Shown here: positions 9,787-19,474 of the stretch, piece by piece
Layout of the letters: every line of letters starts with the position of its first letter
How positions within the stretch are numbered: the first letter of the stretch is position 1
Assembly: GCA_964459445.1 (NCBI GenBank)
Contig: CAYWMP010000002.1
Location: forward strand, 4,293 to 68,292
From: an uncultured Desulfobacteraceae bacterium
GTDB taxonomy: Bacteria > Desulfobacterota > DSM-4660 > Desulfatiglandales > HGW-15
Direction of reading: 5' to 3'
DNA length: 64,000 nucleotides
Translations under genes and position numbers: made by a program
Notes under the pieces: model-generated
The model's input: the letters and a program-made list of their open reading frames with translations, nothing else
Told to the model about the DNA's origin: nothing
Databases searched by the model: none

Positions 9787-12519
9787 ATGAATGATCATAA
9801 GAAGAATAGATCCAAATTTCCTGAAAAATTCCCGGCGTCTAATTCTTCAGGGGAGGGGTATATCCTGCATCCGACCTTTCATTCGCCTTTTCTCCTGTTG
9901 ATCATAATTGCTTTTTCAGTATTCATTTGCGAAGCTTTCATTATGGCGCTTTTATCAATTCTGCCACCTTTCCCTACCTGGTTTGAGGCCCTTTTCGATT
10001 CCTTCTTTCTTATTGTTCTGCTTTCTCCTTTATTTTACTTTTTCTTGTTCCGTCCGATGGTTAATCATATCTCCGAACGCAAACGGGCGGAGGAAAGGAT
10101 AGCGCACCTCAATGCGGTACTGCGCGCAATTCGCAACGTCAACCAGCTCATTACCAGAGAGAAGGATCGAGATCGTCTGCTGCAAGCTATTTGCGAAAGT
10201 CTCATCGGAACACGCGGCTATTATAACGCATGGATCGCCCTGCTTGATGAGTCCTGTAAGCTGGTGGCGACGGCGGAAGCGGGATTGGGCGAGGATTTCT
10301 TGCCCATGCTGGAGCAGTTGAACCGCGGCGAGCTGACCAAATGCGGTGGGAGTGCTCTGGAGCAATCGCAGGTTGTGGTCATCGAAGATCCATCTTCTGA
10401 CTGCTCTGACTGTCCATTAGTGGACAAGTACGGCGGCAGAGGCGGGATGAGCGTTAGGCTGAAAAACGGAGGAAAGATCTACGGTTTCCTGACGGTCTCC
10501 ACCCCCAAGGACCATGTGGCGGAAGAGGAGGAGCAGACTTTACTTAAAGAGGTTGCCAGCGATATCGCCCTGGCCCTGCACAGCATCAAAATGGAGGATG
10601 AGCGAAATCGGGCGCAGGGGGCGATGCGGGAGAGCGAGCAGAAATTCACGACTATTGCTGCTTCTGCCCAGGACGCTGTTATTATGATGGATAGTGAGGG
10701 AAATATTTCCTACTGGAATGCAGCAGCGCAAAAGATATTCGGCTATTCGGATCGAGAGGCCCTGGGTAAAGAATTGCATATACTTCTTGCGCCACAGCGC
10801 TACCACGAAGCTTACAGAAAGGGTTTTAGCCACTTCAAGAAAACAGGCCAGGGGCCTATGATTGGCAAAACGATTGAATTGATCGCATTGAGAAAGGACG
10901 GATCGGAATTTTCCATCGAGTTATCTCTATCATCAGTAAAACAAAACCACGAATGGTATGCCATAGGAATCATAAGAGATATTAGTGAGCGAAAGAGTGC
11001 CGAGGAAGCACTTATCCGTCTAAAGACAGCCGTGGAACATGCTTCGGAATGTATTGTCATAACCGATAAAGACGGTGCCATCCAGTATGCCAATCCCGCG
11101 TTTGAGCGCATCACCGGTCATACTCGCCAAGAGGCCGTCGGGCAGAATCCGCGCATTCTCAAAAGCGGTGAGCAAGACGAAGCCTTCTACAGGGTCCTGT
11201 GGGATACCATCACAACGGGTGAGGTGTGGACGGGGCATTTGATCAACAGGAAAAAAGACGGTACGCTCTACGAGGAAGATGCGTCCATTTCTCCCGTCAT
11301 AGACAACAGCGGCGCCGTTACCAACTACGTGGCCGTCAAGCGGGATGTGACCCGTGAAGTCAGGATGGAAACCCAGCTCCGGCAGGCCCAGAAGATGGAG
11401 GCCATCGGAACTTTGGCAGGAGGCATTGCCCATGACTTCAACAATGTCCTCTATCCAATTGTCGGGTATACAGAGATGAGCATAGACGATGTGACTCAGG
11501 GCAGCATAGTCCAACGCAACTTGAAAGAAGTGTTGAAGGCGGCAACGCGTGCCCAGGATCTGGTCCGGCAGATTCTAACTTTCAGCCGTCAGAGCGAGCA
11601 AGTCCGAAAGCCGCTAAAGCTTCAACCTATCATAAAAGACGCGTTAAAACTCCTGAGGGCATCATTGCCATCGACCATCAAGATAATTCAAAATATAGAC
11701 ACGGAATGTGGTGCGGTCGAGGCCGATCATGTCCAGATCCATCAGGTATTGATGAACCTTTGCACCAATGCCTTTCACGCCATGCGAGAAAAAGGGGGTG
11801 AATTGGAAGTGACCCTGACGGAGGCTGATATTGATTCCGGTGACTTGGCCTCCGATCTTGGACTGAAACCCGGGCCATATCTAAAACTGACAGTGAGTGA
11901 TACAGGCCACGGCATGGATCGAGATGTTGCGGCAAGGATTTTCGATCCATATTTTACCACCAAGGCCCCGGGCGCGGGCACCGGAATGGGCCTTTCAGTG
12001 GTGCACGGGATTGTCAAAAGCCATGGAGGAGATATCAAGGTTTACAGTGTGGAGGGCGAAGGGAGCGCCTTTCACGTGTATCTGCCGGAGATTGAAAGCA
12101 CTCCCTTGGCGCCTGAACCCATAGTCACAGAGCCGGTCCAGGGGGGTAATGAACATATTCTGCTCGTAGATGACGAAGAGCAGATTGTTGGCATGGTCAA
12201 ACAGATGTTGGAGCGCCTCGGCTACCAGGTCACGGCCCGGACCAGTAGCCTGGAGGCCCTGGAAGCATTTCGGGCGAAGCCGCCCAAATATGATCTTGTT
12301 ATCACTGACCAGACAATGCCGAATATGACAGGCGCCGAGTTGGCCCCAAAGCTTCTGGTCATCAGGCCTGATATTCCCATTATCATTTGTACCGGATTCA
12401 GTGAATTGATCACCGAAGACAAGGCAAAGGCCTTGGGAATTCGAGCTTATGTCATGAAGCCTGTGGTTATGAATGAGATAGCCAAGACTATCCGGAATGT
12501 GCTGGATGCCGAGGAATGA
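9787..12519 (+). CDS. hybrid sensor histidine kinase / response regulator (TM, GAF-like, 2x PAS, HisKA, HATPase, REC)
   Basis: 910 aa. H-box GGIAHDFNNVL. ATPase boxes DTGHGMD and GTGMGLS. C-terminal receiver ILLVDDEE..DLVITDQTMPNMTG. PAS-like segments follow the TM region. Confidence 0.9.
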   Translation: MNDHKKNRSKFPEKFPASNSSGEGYILHPTFHSPFLLLIIIAFSVFICEAFIMALLSILPPFPTWFEALFDSFFLIVLLSPLFYFFLFRPMVNHISERKRAEERIAHLNAVLRAIRNVNQLITREKDRDRLLQAICESLIGTRGYYNAWIALLDESCKLVATAEAGLGEDFLPMLEQLNRGELTKCGGSALEQSQVVVIEDPSSDCSDCPLVDKYGGRGGMSVRLKNGGKIYGFLTVSTPKDHVAEEEEQTLLKEVASDIALALHSIKMEDERNRAQGAMRESEQKFTTIAASAQDAVIMMDSEGNISYWNAAAQKIFGYSDREALGKELHILLAPQRYHEAYRKGFSHFKKTGQGPMIGKTIELIALRKDGSEFSIELSLSSVKQNHEWYAIGIIRDISERKSAEEALIRLKTAVEHASECIVITDKDGAIQYANPAFERITGHTRQEAVGQNPRILKSGEQDEAFYRVLWDTITTGEVWTGHLINRKKDGTLYEEDASISPVIDNSGAVTNYVAVKRDVTREVRMETQLRQAQKMEAIGTLAGGIAHDFNNVLYPIVGYTEMSIDDVTQGSIVQRNLKEVLKAATRAQDLVRQILTFSRQSEQVRKPLKLQPIIKDALKLLRASLPSTIKIIQNIDTECGAVEADHVQIHQVLMNLCTNAFHAMREKGGELEVTLTEADIDSGDLASDLGLKPGPYLKLTVSDTGHGMDRDVAARIFDPYFTTKAPGAGTGMGLSVVHGIVKSHGGDIKVYSVEGEGSAFHVYLPEIESTPLAPEPIVTEPVQGGNEHILLVDDEEQIVGMVKQMLERLGYQVTARTSSLEALEAFRAKPPKYDLVITDQTMPNMTGAELAPKLLVIRPDIPIIICTGFSELITEDKAKALGIRAYVMKPVVMNEIAKTIRNVLDAEE

Positions 12520-12530
12520 AATTGGTAAGA

Positions 12531-12650
12531 GTTCACCACGGAAAGACACGGAATATCACTGAAAAAAATGGGGAAGTTACTTTATTTTGAAAGGCTGAGA
12601 AGGATATTGTAATCCTGCTCCGTGAAACTCCGTGAGAATCCGTGGTTAAC
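12531..12650. repeat. word-repeat palindromic intergenic element (cacgga words)
   Basis: gttcaccacggaaagacacggaatatcac ... ctccgtgaaactccgtgagaatccgtggttaac. The arms are inverted complements around a ~65-nt core. Confidence 0.7.
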
Positions 12651-12676
12651 TATTACTGAAATTGGAGGAATGGGTT

Positions 12677-13045
12677 ATGGCACGGATTCTAATCATTGAA
12701 GATGATACCCAAACACGGGTGATGCTCCGTCAGATGTTAACACGCGAAGGATATGAAGTGGTTGATGCTCCTGACGGTAAGATGGGAACCAGGCTCTACC
12801 GGGAAGAACCCACCGATCTGGTGATCACAGACCTGATCATGCCTGAGAAGGAAGGTATTGAGACCATCAGAGAGCTCAAACAGGGCTATCCCGACATAAA
12901 GATCATCGCCATTTCAGGGGGAGGGCGAATCGAACCGGAGGAATATTTGTGTTTGGCCAAGAAATTAGGGGCAGAGCGGACATTTGCCAAACCCATCAGG
13001 CGGGAAGACCTGTTAGGGGCCATACGAGAACTTGTGGGCAGTTGA
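12677..13045 (+). CDS. single-domain CheY-like response regulator
   Basis: MARILIIEDD..DLVITDLIMPEKEG..KIIAISGG. GGAGGA lies 7 nt upstream of the ATG at 12677. Confidence 0.85.
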   Translation: MARILIIEDDTQTRVMLRQMLTREGYEVVDAPDGKMGTRLYREEPTDLVITDLIMPEKEGIETIRELKQGYPDIKIIAISGGGRIEPEEYLCLAKKLGAERTFAKPIRREDLLGAIRELVGS

Positions 13046-13110
13046 AAGTTTGCAGGCGTTCATCAGGTCTGGGCCAGGGGTTCAAAGGTTGATTGTTAAA
13101 GAGTCTCTAA

Positions 13111-13153
13111 CCTCTCGTTCGACCTAGAGGCTCTCGACAGGTGAACCCTGTGA
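13111..13153. repeat. dispersed 43-nt repeat cctctcgttcgacctRgaggctctcgacagg..
   Basis: Near-identical to 52366-52410. Confidence 0.75.
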
Positions 13154-13286
13154 GCAGAAATCAATCCCCAGCACCTTAAGATCCTCGGGGCATGATATCT
13201 GCCTATGAGACAGATTGGATCCGATATGAAAAGACTTGATTCAAGCGGAATTATTATGTACTAATTGTACAAATTGGAGGTGTGGA

Positions 13287-13538
13287 ATGTTGAATAAAAT
13301 TTCAACTGCTGATGCAAGAAAGAAATTTGCAAATATTATCAACCGAGTAGCTTATGGCAAAGAATCTTTTGTCTTGACCCGGAGAGGCGAGGCTCTTGCT
13401 GCTTTAGTTTCTGTAGAAGATTCTAAATTGCTTCAAGAAATTGAAGACCGAATGGATATCGAAGATGCATGGAAAGCACGAGAAGAGCCTGGAGAGAATG
13501 TTCCGTGGGAGACGCTTCGAGAGGAACTTGATCTTTGA
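13287..13538 (+). CDS. Phd/YefM-family type II antitoxin
   Basis: MLNKISTADARKKFANIINRVAYGKESFVLTRRGEALAALVSVED is a typical Phd/YefM N-terminus. GGAGG precedes the ATG at 13287. Confidence 0.75.
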   Translation: MLNKISTADARKKFANIINRVAYGKESFVLTRRGEALAALVSVEDSKLLQEIEDRMDIEDAWKAREEPGENVPWETLREELDL

Positions 13539-13594
13539 AATATAGAATCGAATTCAAAAGATCGGACATCGTAAAGATGTTTACAGGCATTTAA
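13535..13594 (+). pseudogene. remnant of a RelE/ParE-family toxin gene (19 codons)
   Basis: A TTGA start/stop overlap with the antitoxin gene. It encodes (L/M)KYRIEFKRS, typical of RelE/ParE N-termini, then stops after 19 codons. No toxin C-terminus is visible in any frame before 13677. Confidence 0.4.
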
Positions 13595-13676
13595 CGTAAA
13601 AAGGCACTTCTCTAAAGAAAATGACCCTCCAATAAATCGCCGCAAAAGTCCTTGCCACGAACGATTCCCGAGAGAA

Positions 13677-14615
13677 TCAATACCCTCTTTCAAAATCCAC
13701 GACATAGAGCAGAGGCTTTTTTGCGAGAAAACGTTGGTAGTTCTTTTGGAAAATCTGAAGGATATCCTTGGGGAAGCTTTGTGCGGCGACATGGGGTGTG
13801 ATAAAGGCATTTGGCAGATCCCAGAGAGGGCTGTCATCCGGTAACGGCTCCTCCTCGAAAACATCGAGCACAGCAGCGCGAATCATACGATTCCTGAGGG
13901 CGATGGCAAGATCCCCCTCCACGACGGCATTCCCGCGACCGACATTAATGAGCACAGCAGTTGACTTCATCTGCTTTAAGGTTTGTAAGTTCATAAGGCC
14001 TGTCGTTTCCGGAGTACGCGGGAGCACGAGAACGAGATAATCCAAAAAGCCGAGGAACTTGCCAAAGGAAGCGCCTGTATAGACTCGGTCGACAAAGGGG
14101 CTTTCTTCCGGCGTACGCTTATAGGCATTCACCCGCATGCCAAAATGGCGGGCTGTTTGTGCTAAGTGTTTTCCGATTGAACCTAGGCCGCATATGCCGA
14201 GTGTCAACCCTTGCAGGCTCCGATAGGGCAGGTTGACCCAGGTTTTGGTATTCTGGTTTTCTTTCGCATCAAGTAGGCGTCGTTCCAGGGCGAGTATGTA
14301 GCCAAATACATATTCGCACATCAAGGGTCCGAAAACATCTTTGACGCCGGTTAGAACGTAATCGCGCCGGAGGGCCTTTGAAAAGAGTGCGTCAACACCT
14401 GCGAAAGTGGATTGCACCCATTCCAAGCGCCTCCCTTCATGGAACACCTTTGCAACCATTGAGGGTTCGCCAAGCACAATATTGCAACTTCGGATAGCTT
14501 CTCGCGCGTCATCCTCATTAGAACAGAAGACGATTTCAAGGTCCGCAAGATCGTATTCCCTCAGTAATTCGCGATAGTCGTCCGCATCAGAGGTAAGTAT
14601 AAGTAAATGATTCAT
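13677..14615 (-). CDS. D-isomer-specific 2-hydroxyacid dehydrogenase, NAD-binding
   Basis: GLGSIGKHLA Rossmann motif, plus NVGRG, DVFEEEPLP and ITPHVA motifs. Confidence 0.85.
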   Translation of the reverse strand: MNHLLILTSDADDYRELLREYDLADLEIVFCSNEDDAREAIRSCNIVLGEPSMVAKVFHEGRRLEWVQSTFAGVDALFSKALRRDYVLTGVKDVFGPLMCEYVFGYILALERRLLDAKENQNTKTWVNLPYRSLQGLTLGICGLGSIGKHLAQTARHFGMRVNAYKRTPEESPFVDRVYTGASFGKFLGFLDYLVLVLPRTPETTGLMNLQTLKQMKSTAVLINVGRGNAVVEGDLAIALRNRMIRAAVLDVFEEEPLPDDSPLWDLPNAFITPHVAAQSFPKDILQIFQKNYQRFLAKKPLLYVVDFERGY

Positions 14616-14653
14616 TGGTCACAAAAGCGTTGGAATTATAAAAAAGGGTATAT

Positions 14654-15469
14654 TCATGAATTACCGTGAGGGCTGACTGAATTGAAAAAGGCGATCACCT
14701 TTTTGTTAAAGGTTTCGGCGCCCTCGATAAAGAGACAATGTCGGCATCCCGGGAAAAATTCCAATTCCGCCCCCGGCATAAGCTCTTTTAAAATTCGAGA
14801 ATTTTCAGACGGCACCAAAGGGTCATCATCGCCTGCCAGAATCAACGTGGGCGCCGAGATGTGATCAAGGCGATTCGAGGTATCGTGGTTTAGACAAGCG
14901 TTGAATTGTCTTAAAAAGGCATCGGGCGGTTGATAGTATCTGAGAGAAATCACGACGAAATCTTCAATCTTCTCCGGGTGTTGTTGGATAAAACTGTCCG
15001 AAAAATAGATATCCATATCCTTACGGAGAATCTCCCCAGGATTGAGCCCTTGATTGGCCGTGAATTTTGACAATCTTTCCTGGCTCATCATCACCGCTCG
15101 GTTTCCTCCACAGCTGGTACACCCTAAAATCAAACGGTTTACTTTTTCGGGATAATTAATGGCCAACTCCTGGGCGATATATCCTCCCATAGAGACGCCC
15201 AGAACGTGAGCGTTTTCAATACCCAAGGCTTCCATCAATTGGGCGGTATCGTCTGCAAAGAGACGGATTGAATAATCCGTCTCCGGCTTGTCCGAGCGGC
15301 CCGCACCCCTGTTATCAAAGGCAAGGACCCTGAAAAGTTTCGATAAAGTTGGTATCTGACAATACCACCATTCAATGTTTCTTCTGAGACCCATAATTAG
15401 AACCAAAGGCTCTCCTGTCCCATGGATTTCATAATATATCCCGATCCCATTGACCTTTGATTTCGGCAT
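14654..15469 (-). CDS. alpha/beta hydrolase
   Basis: Nucleophile elbow GVSMGG, a C-terminal CRHC..F His region, 271 aa. Confidence 0.8.
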   Translation of the reverse strand: MPKSKVNGIGIYYEIHGTGEPLVLIMGLRRNIEWWYCQIPTLSKLFRVLAFDNRGAGRSDKPETDYSIRLFADDTAQLMEALGIENAHVLGVSMGGYIAQELAINYPEKVNRLILGCTSCGGNRAVMMSQERLSKFTANQGLNPGEILRKDMDIYFSDSFIQQHPEKIEDFVVISLRYYQPPDAFLRQFNACLNHDTSNRLDHISAPTLILAGDDDPLVPSENSRILKELMPGAELEFFPGCRHCLFIEGAETFNKKVIAFFNSVSPHGNS

Positions 15470-15475
15470 CTGTTT

Positions 15476-16602
15476 TTATCCTTTTTTTGCTAAGGCCAGT
15501 TCGACTTCCTCCCTTACAATGCCGTTTTCTTTGTTTTTCTGGGTTTCCAAAGCCCTTTTTGCACGACTCCCGCCCAGACGCCCCAAAGCCCAGGCGGACA
15601 TACCGCGAACGATGTCGTGAGGACTGTTTGTCATGGCGCCAATCAAGGAGGGTATGTTATCCCGGTCGCCCAGGTTGCCCAATGCCCTGGCAGCGTTCAT
15701 CTGCCACTTGGAGACCTTTTTCCGTGATATGTAGAAGGTCAAGGGCCAAACCTTGTTCACATAATGCTCCTCGCTCATGGACAAAAGCGTGGTGAGTTCA
15801 AAATCAGAGGCCCGGGCCTCAAGTTGTTGGTTTTTTGGTAGAGCCTGGTTCATCCATGGCTGGTTTCGGGGGCAAACCGCCTGGCAGCGGTCGCAGCCGT
15901 AGACCCAGGTCCCCATGGGTTCCCTCAGTTTCATGGGCGTGAGGCCTTCACCATAATAGGAGTTGAAGGCGATGCAGAGCAGGGGATTCATTTTTTTGGG
16001 CTCATAGAGGGCGCCCGTAGGACAGGCCGCTATACAGGCATTCTTGCACCAGTCGGGGGGCAACCCAATTCAATAGTCGGCTCATCCGGTTCGATTTCAG
16101 CATCAATAATCAAAGGAATGCTCTCCAGCCAGGAGGCGCCCTTCATGCTATTTCCGGCATAAGCGAAACAATTTTTCCCATAGGTGACGATGCCGGCCCG
16201 GGCCGCTGACATGCGGGCGGAGAGTTCTTCGTCAAACCAAAGACGTATCCCTTCACCCTTCAGGAATTTAAAGTATGCCATGAGGCGTTGGTATTCCGCT
16301 CCCTTTTCCTTTCGTTCGTCAACCTGGTAGCATCTTCCAATCTTGCCGATCAATTGCGGAGGAAAGGTTCGCCGATGGTAATTCCGGATCAGGACAACCA
16401 GGGATTTTGCCCAGGGATGCTTTTCAGCGATCGCAGCTGCTTGCACCGTATTGAATCGATCGGTCTGAACCCAACCGTACATCTTCTTAGGCCGGGATTC
16501 GATCTCCTTGATATAGAGATCCAGGGGTTCGACGCCTGTAAAGCCCACATCTTCAAAACCCAGTTCCAGGGCCTTTTCTCTTAGCCTCTGTTTTAAATTC
16601 AT
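15476..16602 (-). pseudogene. QueG-like (DUF1730 / 4Fe-4S / HEAT) protein gene, split by a frameshift at a C6/G6 run
   Basis: ORFs 16030-16695 and 15476-16063 are consecutive parts of one protein: ...PTIELGCPP | PPDWCKNACIAACPTGAL..YGCDRCQAVCPRN..HEAT-like C-terminus. The frames change at gggggg 16055-16060. The likely start is the ATG at 16602 (MNLKQRLREKALELGF), preceded by GGAGGA. Confidence 0.7.
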
Positions 16603-16641
16603 TCGGATGTATCCTCCCCCAATGATCCACCATGCAAAGAA

Positions 16642-16726
16642 GTTCAATGGTTCTAGGTTCAATGGTTCAGATGTTAAAGGATCTTTTGAAATCAACCCTG
16701 AACTTTGAACGGGGAACTCGGAACTG
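16642..16726. repeat. word-repeat palindromic element (gttcaa / ctgaac words)
   Basis: gttcaatggttctaggttcaatggttcag ... ccctgaactttgaacggggaactcggaactg. The right arm resembles 52398-52430. Confidence 0.65.
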
Positions 16727-16793
16727 TTGCTTCTTGCCCTTCATGATTAATACCGAAATATGCGCAAAATACTTTTTTAACTGTCTATAGAAA

Positions 16794-17729
16794 TTATAAT
16801 TCTTGCTTGGCAAAACGCCTTGATCGAACTAATGAACCGATCATATTGAAGACAATCCTGGCCGCTGTCAAGGCAGCCAAACCGTTAGTGTCTTTCTCTG
16901 GTACGAATTCGACCAGATCGCATCCAACCATATTGGTCTTTTTCGCAATACCATGGAGCAAATCAAGGACCTGTTCATAGGATAACCCGCCGGGTGCCGG
17001 CGCCATAACCGCAGGCATGATGGATGGATCAAGACCGTCGCAATCAAGGGTTAACAGGCAGTTCTTTCCCTCCGGAATCAAATCCATTATCCATTCAACA
17101 CCTCGGTCATGGACCTCTTTTGCCGTAATGATTTGTGTGCCATAGGCCCTGGCTGCCGATACTTCTTCCTCTCGGGCGCTACCCACCCCTCGTATGCCGA
17201 CTTGAATCAGGTTGTCAATCCATGGCATTTCAGAGGCCCTTCGCATCGCACTGCTCAGACCTTCAGAGACGCCGTTGACCTCATGACACCAATCGATATG
17301 GGCATCCACTTGGACGATCGTGATCGGGTCGTATCCCTGAAAGGCCCGGAAAAAAGGGATCGGGACAGAATCATCTCCACCGAGGACAATGGGTACTGCT
17401 CCGGCGGTTAGTATAGCCGACACATTTTCTGTAATCCGTTTGCGATTGCCTGCCGGATCTGAAATACCAACAGGCAGATCCCCGCAGTCGACTACGCTGA
17501 TGTTGCGGTTGTCGAGCAAAGTCCCGCCCAGATCAAAGTCATAGCTGTCTATCCTTTCCGCATATCTATTGGCCGCCCTTCGAATCGCGATTGGGGCCTG
17601 GGCGGAATGGCTTGGCTCGCCGGGGTTATACCCGGTTCCCTGGGGAATGCCGATGATGGCAATATCCGCCGAAAGCTTAGAGAGGTCGGTACATGCCGGA
17701 AAACCGGCGAAGGTATCTATTTTGAGCAT
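16794..17729 (-). CDS. arginase/agmatinase/formiminoglutamase-family ureohydrolase
   Basis: Motifs VLGGDDS, VQVDAHIDW and LTLDCDGLDPS. 311 aa. Confidence 0.8.
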   Translation of the reverse strand: MLKIDTFAGFPACTDLSKLSADIAIIGIPQGTGYNPGEPSHSAQAPIAIRRAANRYAERIDSYDFDLGGTLLDNRNISVVDCGDLPVGISDPAGNRKRITENVSAILTAGAVPIVLGGDDSVPIPFFRAFQGYDPITIVQVDAHIDWCHEVNGVSEGLSSAMRRASEMPWIDNLIQVGIRGVGSAREEEVSAARAYGTQIITAKEVHDRGVEWIMDLIPEGKNCLLTLDCDGLDPSIMPAVMAPAPGGLSYEQVLDLLHGIAKKTNMVGCDLVEFVPEKDTNGLAALTAARIVFNMIGSLVRSRRFAKQEL

Positions 17730-17746
17730 ATCAACGAATAAGTGGG

Positions 17747-17941
17747 TCAGAGTTCAATAAGAAAGAGATTTGCGAAGGTCTGTTTCAAATTTTGAGATTT
17801 GAACACGACTTCAAATGAAATCACTGGGAAATGATGCCAGTAACCTTGAAGTGATAAACGACGGTAGGTTTTGATTGCAGCGGGGGTATCGCAGCCAATA
17901 TTTGGATGAACCGCTTCGTACACTTCAAACAGATCATTCAT
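17747..17941 (-). CDS. hypothetical small protein (64 aa)
   Basis: The ATG at 17941 lies 1 nt after the vapC stop codon (MNDLFEVYEAVHPNIG...). No family recognised. Confidence 0.25.
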   Translation of the reverse strand: MNDLFEVYEAVHPNIGCDTPAAIKTYRRLSLQGYWHHFPVISFEVVFKSQNLKQTFANLFLIEL

Positions 17942-17942
17942 G

Positions 17943-18389
17943 TTAAGGGTTCGTTTCCTTAACAAATATCGGGTTTTCCCAACGCAAATCGGGAAAGCGA
18001 CCGAAATCGCCGTCAGTAGAACAGAGTATCAGTCCGTGTTCAATAGCGAGGGTTGCCAGATGAGCATCTGGAATCAAATTCGCTCGCAAACTCTGATCAA
18101 TCAATATCCTTTTAAGAACTTCACGATGTTTTTCGGTGGGCTGTGGAATCCAAACTGGAGAGCAATCCAACCACTCTTCTACCTGTTTCCATGCCTTATC
18201 GACGGACTCGGGGCGTTCGAAAATGCGCGGATTTGTTACCAGCCGAATGAACGCAAGAAGGCTGGGCCATGGCAATCCGACAGCGGCAGTGCCGGTAAGC
18301 TGCTCATCAATCCACATCCGGGCCCGATCATGTTGAGAAAAGGTATTAACATGGGCGTAAATGAGCAGATTCGCGTCAATGAGAATCAC
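17943..18389 (-). CDS. vapC: PIN-domain toxin VapC
   Basis: MILIDANLLIYA ... IPDAHLATLAIEHGLILCSTDGDF gives the PIN acidic residues. Overlaps the upstream antitoxin gene by 4 nt. Confidence 0.85.
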   Translation of the reverse strand: MILIDANLLIYAHVNTFSQHDRARMWIDEQLTGTAAVGLPWPSLLAFIRLVTNPRIFERPESVDKAWKQVEEWLDCSPVWIPQPTEKHREVLKRILIDQSLRANLIPDAHLATLAIEHGLILCSTDGDFGRFPDLRWENPIFVKETNP

Positions 18390-18634
18390 CTGAAATCCTC
18401 ATTTTCCGCGATCGCTAAGGTCTCAGATATATCATCGAGGCTGCCCACCAAACAGCGCCCTAAAGATACTGATTGTGTTTTGTAGGGTTTAACACGTCGG
18501 GGTGGGCGGTTTATTTCATTAAGACCCTGTCGTAAAACTTCGTTGACCAGCGCTTTGTAACTAAGCTTACGGGTCTTGTGGATCCGCTCCAGAGCTGCAG
18601 CGACATCGTCGTCTATCGTAAGTGTCGTTCTCAT
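18386..18634 (-). CDS. vapB: VapB-type (ribbon-helix-helix) antitoxin
   Basis: MRTTLTIDDDVAAALERIHKTRKLSYKALVNEVLRQGL. 82 aa, overlapping vapC. Confidence 0.8.
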   Translation of the reverse strand: MRTTLTIDDDVAAALERIHKTRKLSYKALVNEVLRQGLNEINRPPRRVKPYKTQSVSLGRCLVGSLDDISETLAIAENEDFR

Positions 18635-18709
18635 GCATCAAAACATAATACATTTGATGCTTTGATGTCAAGTTCTAACGGATGAAATACTAAGGCTGCC
18701 GAAAAGGCC

Positions 18710-19474
18710 CTAAACATTGGCCAATGTGCCGCCATCCACATAAATGGTTTCACCGGTTATATAGCTGGAATCCTCTGAACAGAGGAATAGGACGGCCCCG
18801 ACGATCTCCTCAGGCTCTGCCAATCTGCCCTTAGGAATCTTGGACACCACGAGCTTTTCCATCTCCGGGTTGCTCCAGATCGGCTGGCTAAAGGCCGTTT
18901 TGGTCATACCCGGTCCCACGGCATTGACATTGACATTCAGAGGCGCCCATTCAACGGCCATACACTTGGTCAGCATATTCAAGGCCGCCTTGCTCGCATG
19001 GTAAACTCCCATGAGCGAGCCGCCGCGCACAGCACCGACCGTCGTGATATTGATAATCCTGCCTCCGCCCTGTTTCATCATGATCTTGGCGACAGCTCGG
19101 CTCAAAAGGAACACGGCCTTGCAATTGACCCCGAAAATCTTGTCCCAACCGTCTTCCCGCAGATCCATCAAGGGTCTCAAAAAGCTCCTCGCCGAGTTAT
19201 TGATGAGAATGTCAACACGCCCATAAGTGTTCATGGTAGCCTCTACCAGGGCTTCGATTTGCTCTCCCTGCATGAGGTCGGTCACAACAGGATGGGCCCC
19301 ACCACCTTTGGATTTGATTTCTTCAGCCACCTTTTCGAGATCTTCCTGAGTTCGAGAGGCCAAGACCACCTTGGCCCCGCACTCCGCGAGCCCCAAAGCG
19401 ATGGCCCTGCCGATACCTTTGCCTCCGCCGGTTACGATAGCCACTTGATCGTTTAAATCGTAATTCCTTCCCAT
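18710..19474 (-). CDS. SDR-family oxidoreductase (FabG-like)
   Basis: TGGGKGIGRAIA cofactor motif and YHASKAA catalytic motif. Confidence 0.85.
   Translation of the reverse strand: MGRNYDLNDQVAIVTGGGKGIGRAIALGLAECGAKVVLASRTQEDLEKVAEEIKSKGGGAHPVVTDLMQGEQIEALVEATMNTYGRVDILINNSARSFLRPLMDLREDGWDKIFGVNCKAVFLLSRAVAKIMMKQGGGRIINITTVGAVRGGSLMGVYHASKAALNMLTKCMAVEWAPLNVNVNAVGPGMTKTAFSQPIWSNPEMEKLVVSKIPKGRLAEPEEIVGAVLFLCSEDSSYITGETIYVDGGTLANV

Noticed and set aside
11020-12549. Minus-strand ORFs of 164 and 184 aa.
   Set aside because: They are antisense to the hybrid histidine kinase gene.
17940-18485. 181-aa + strand ORF.
   Set aside because: It is antisense to the well-supported vapB-vapC pair.
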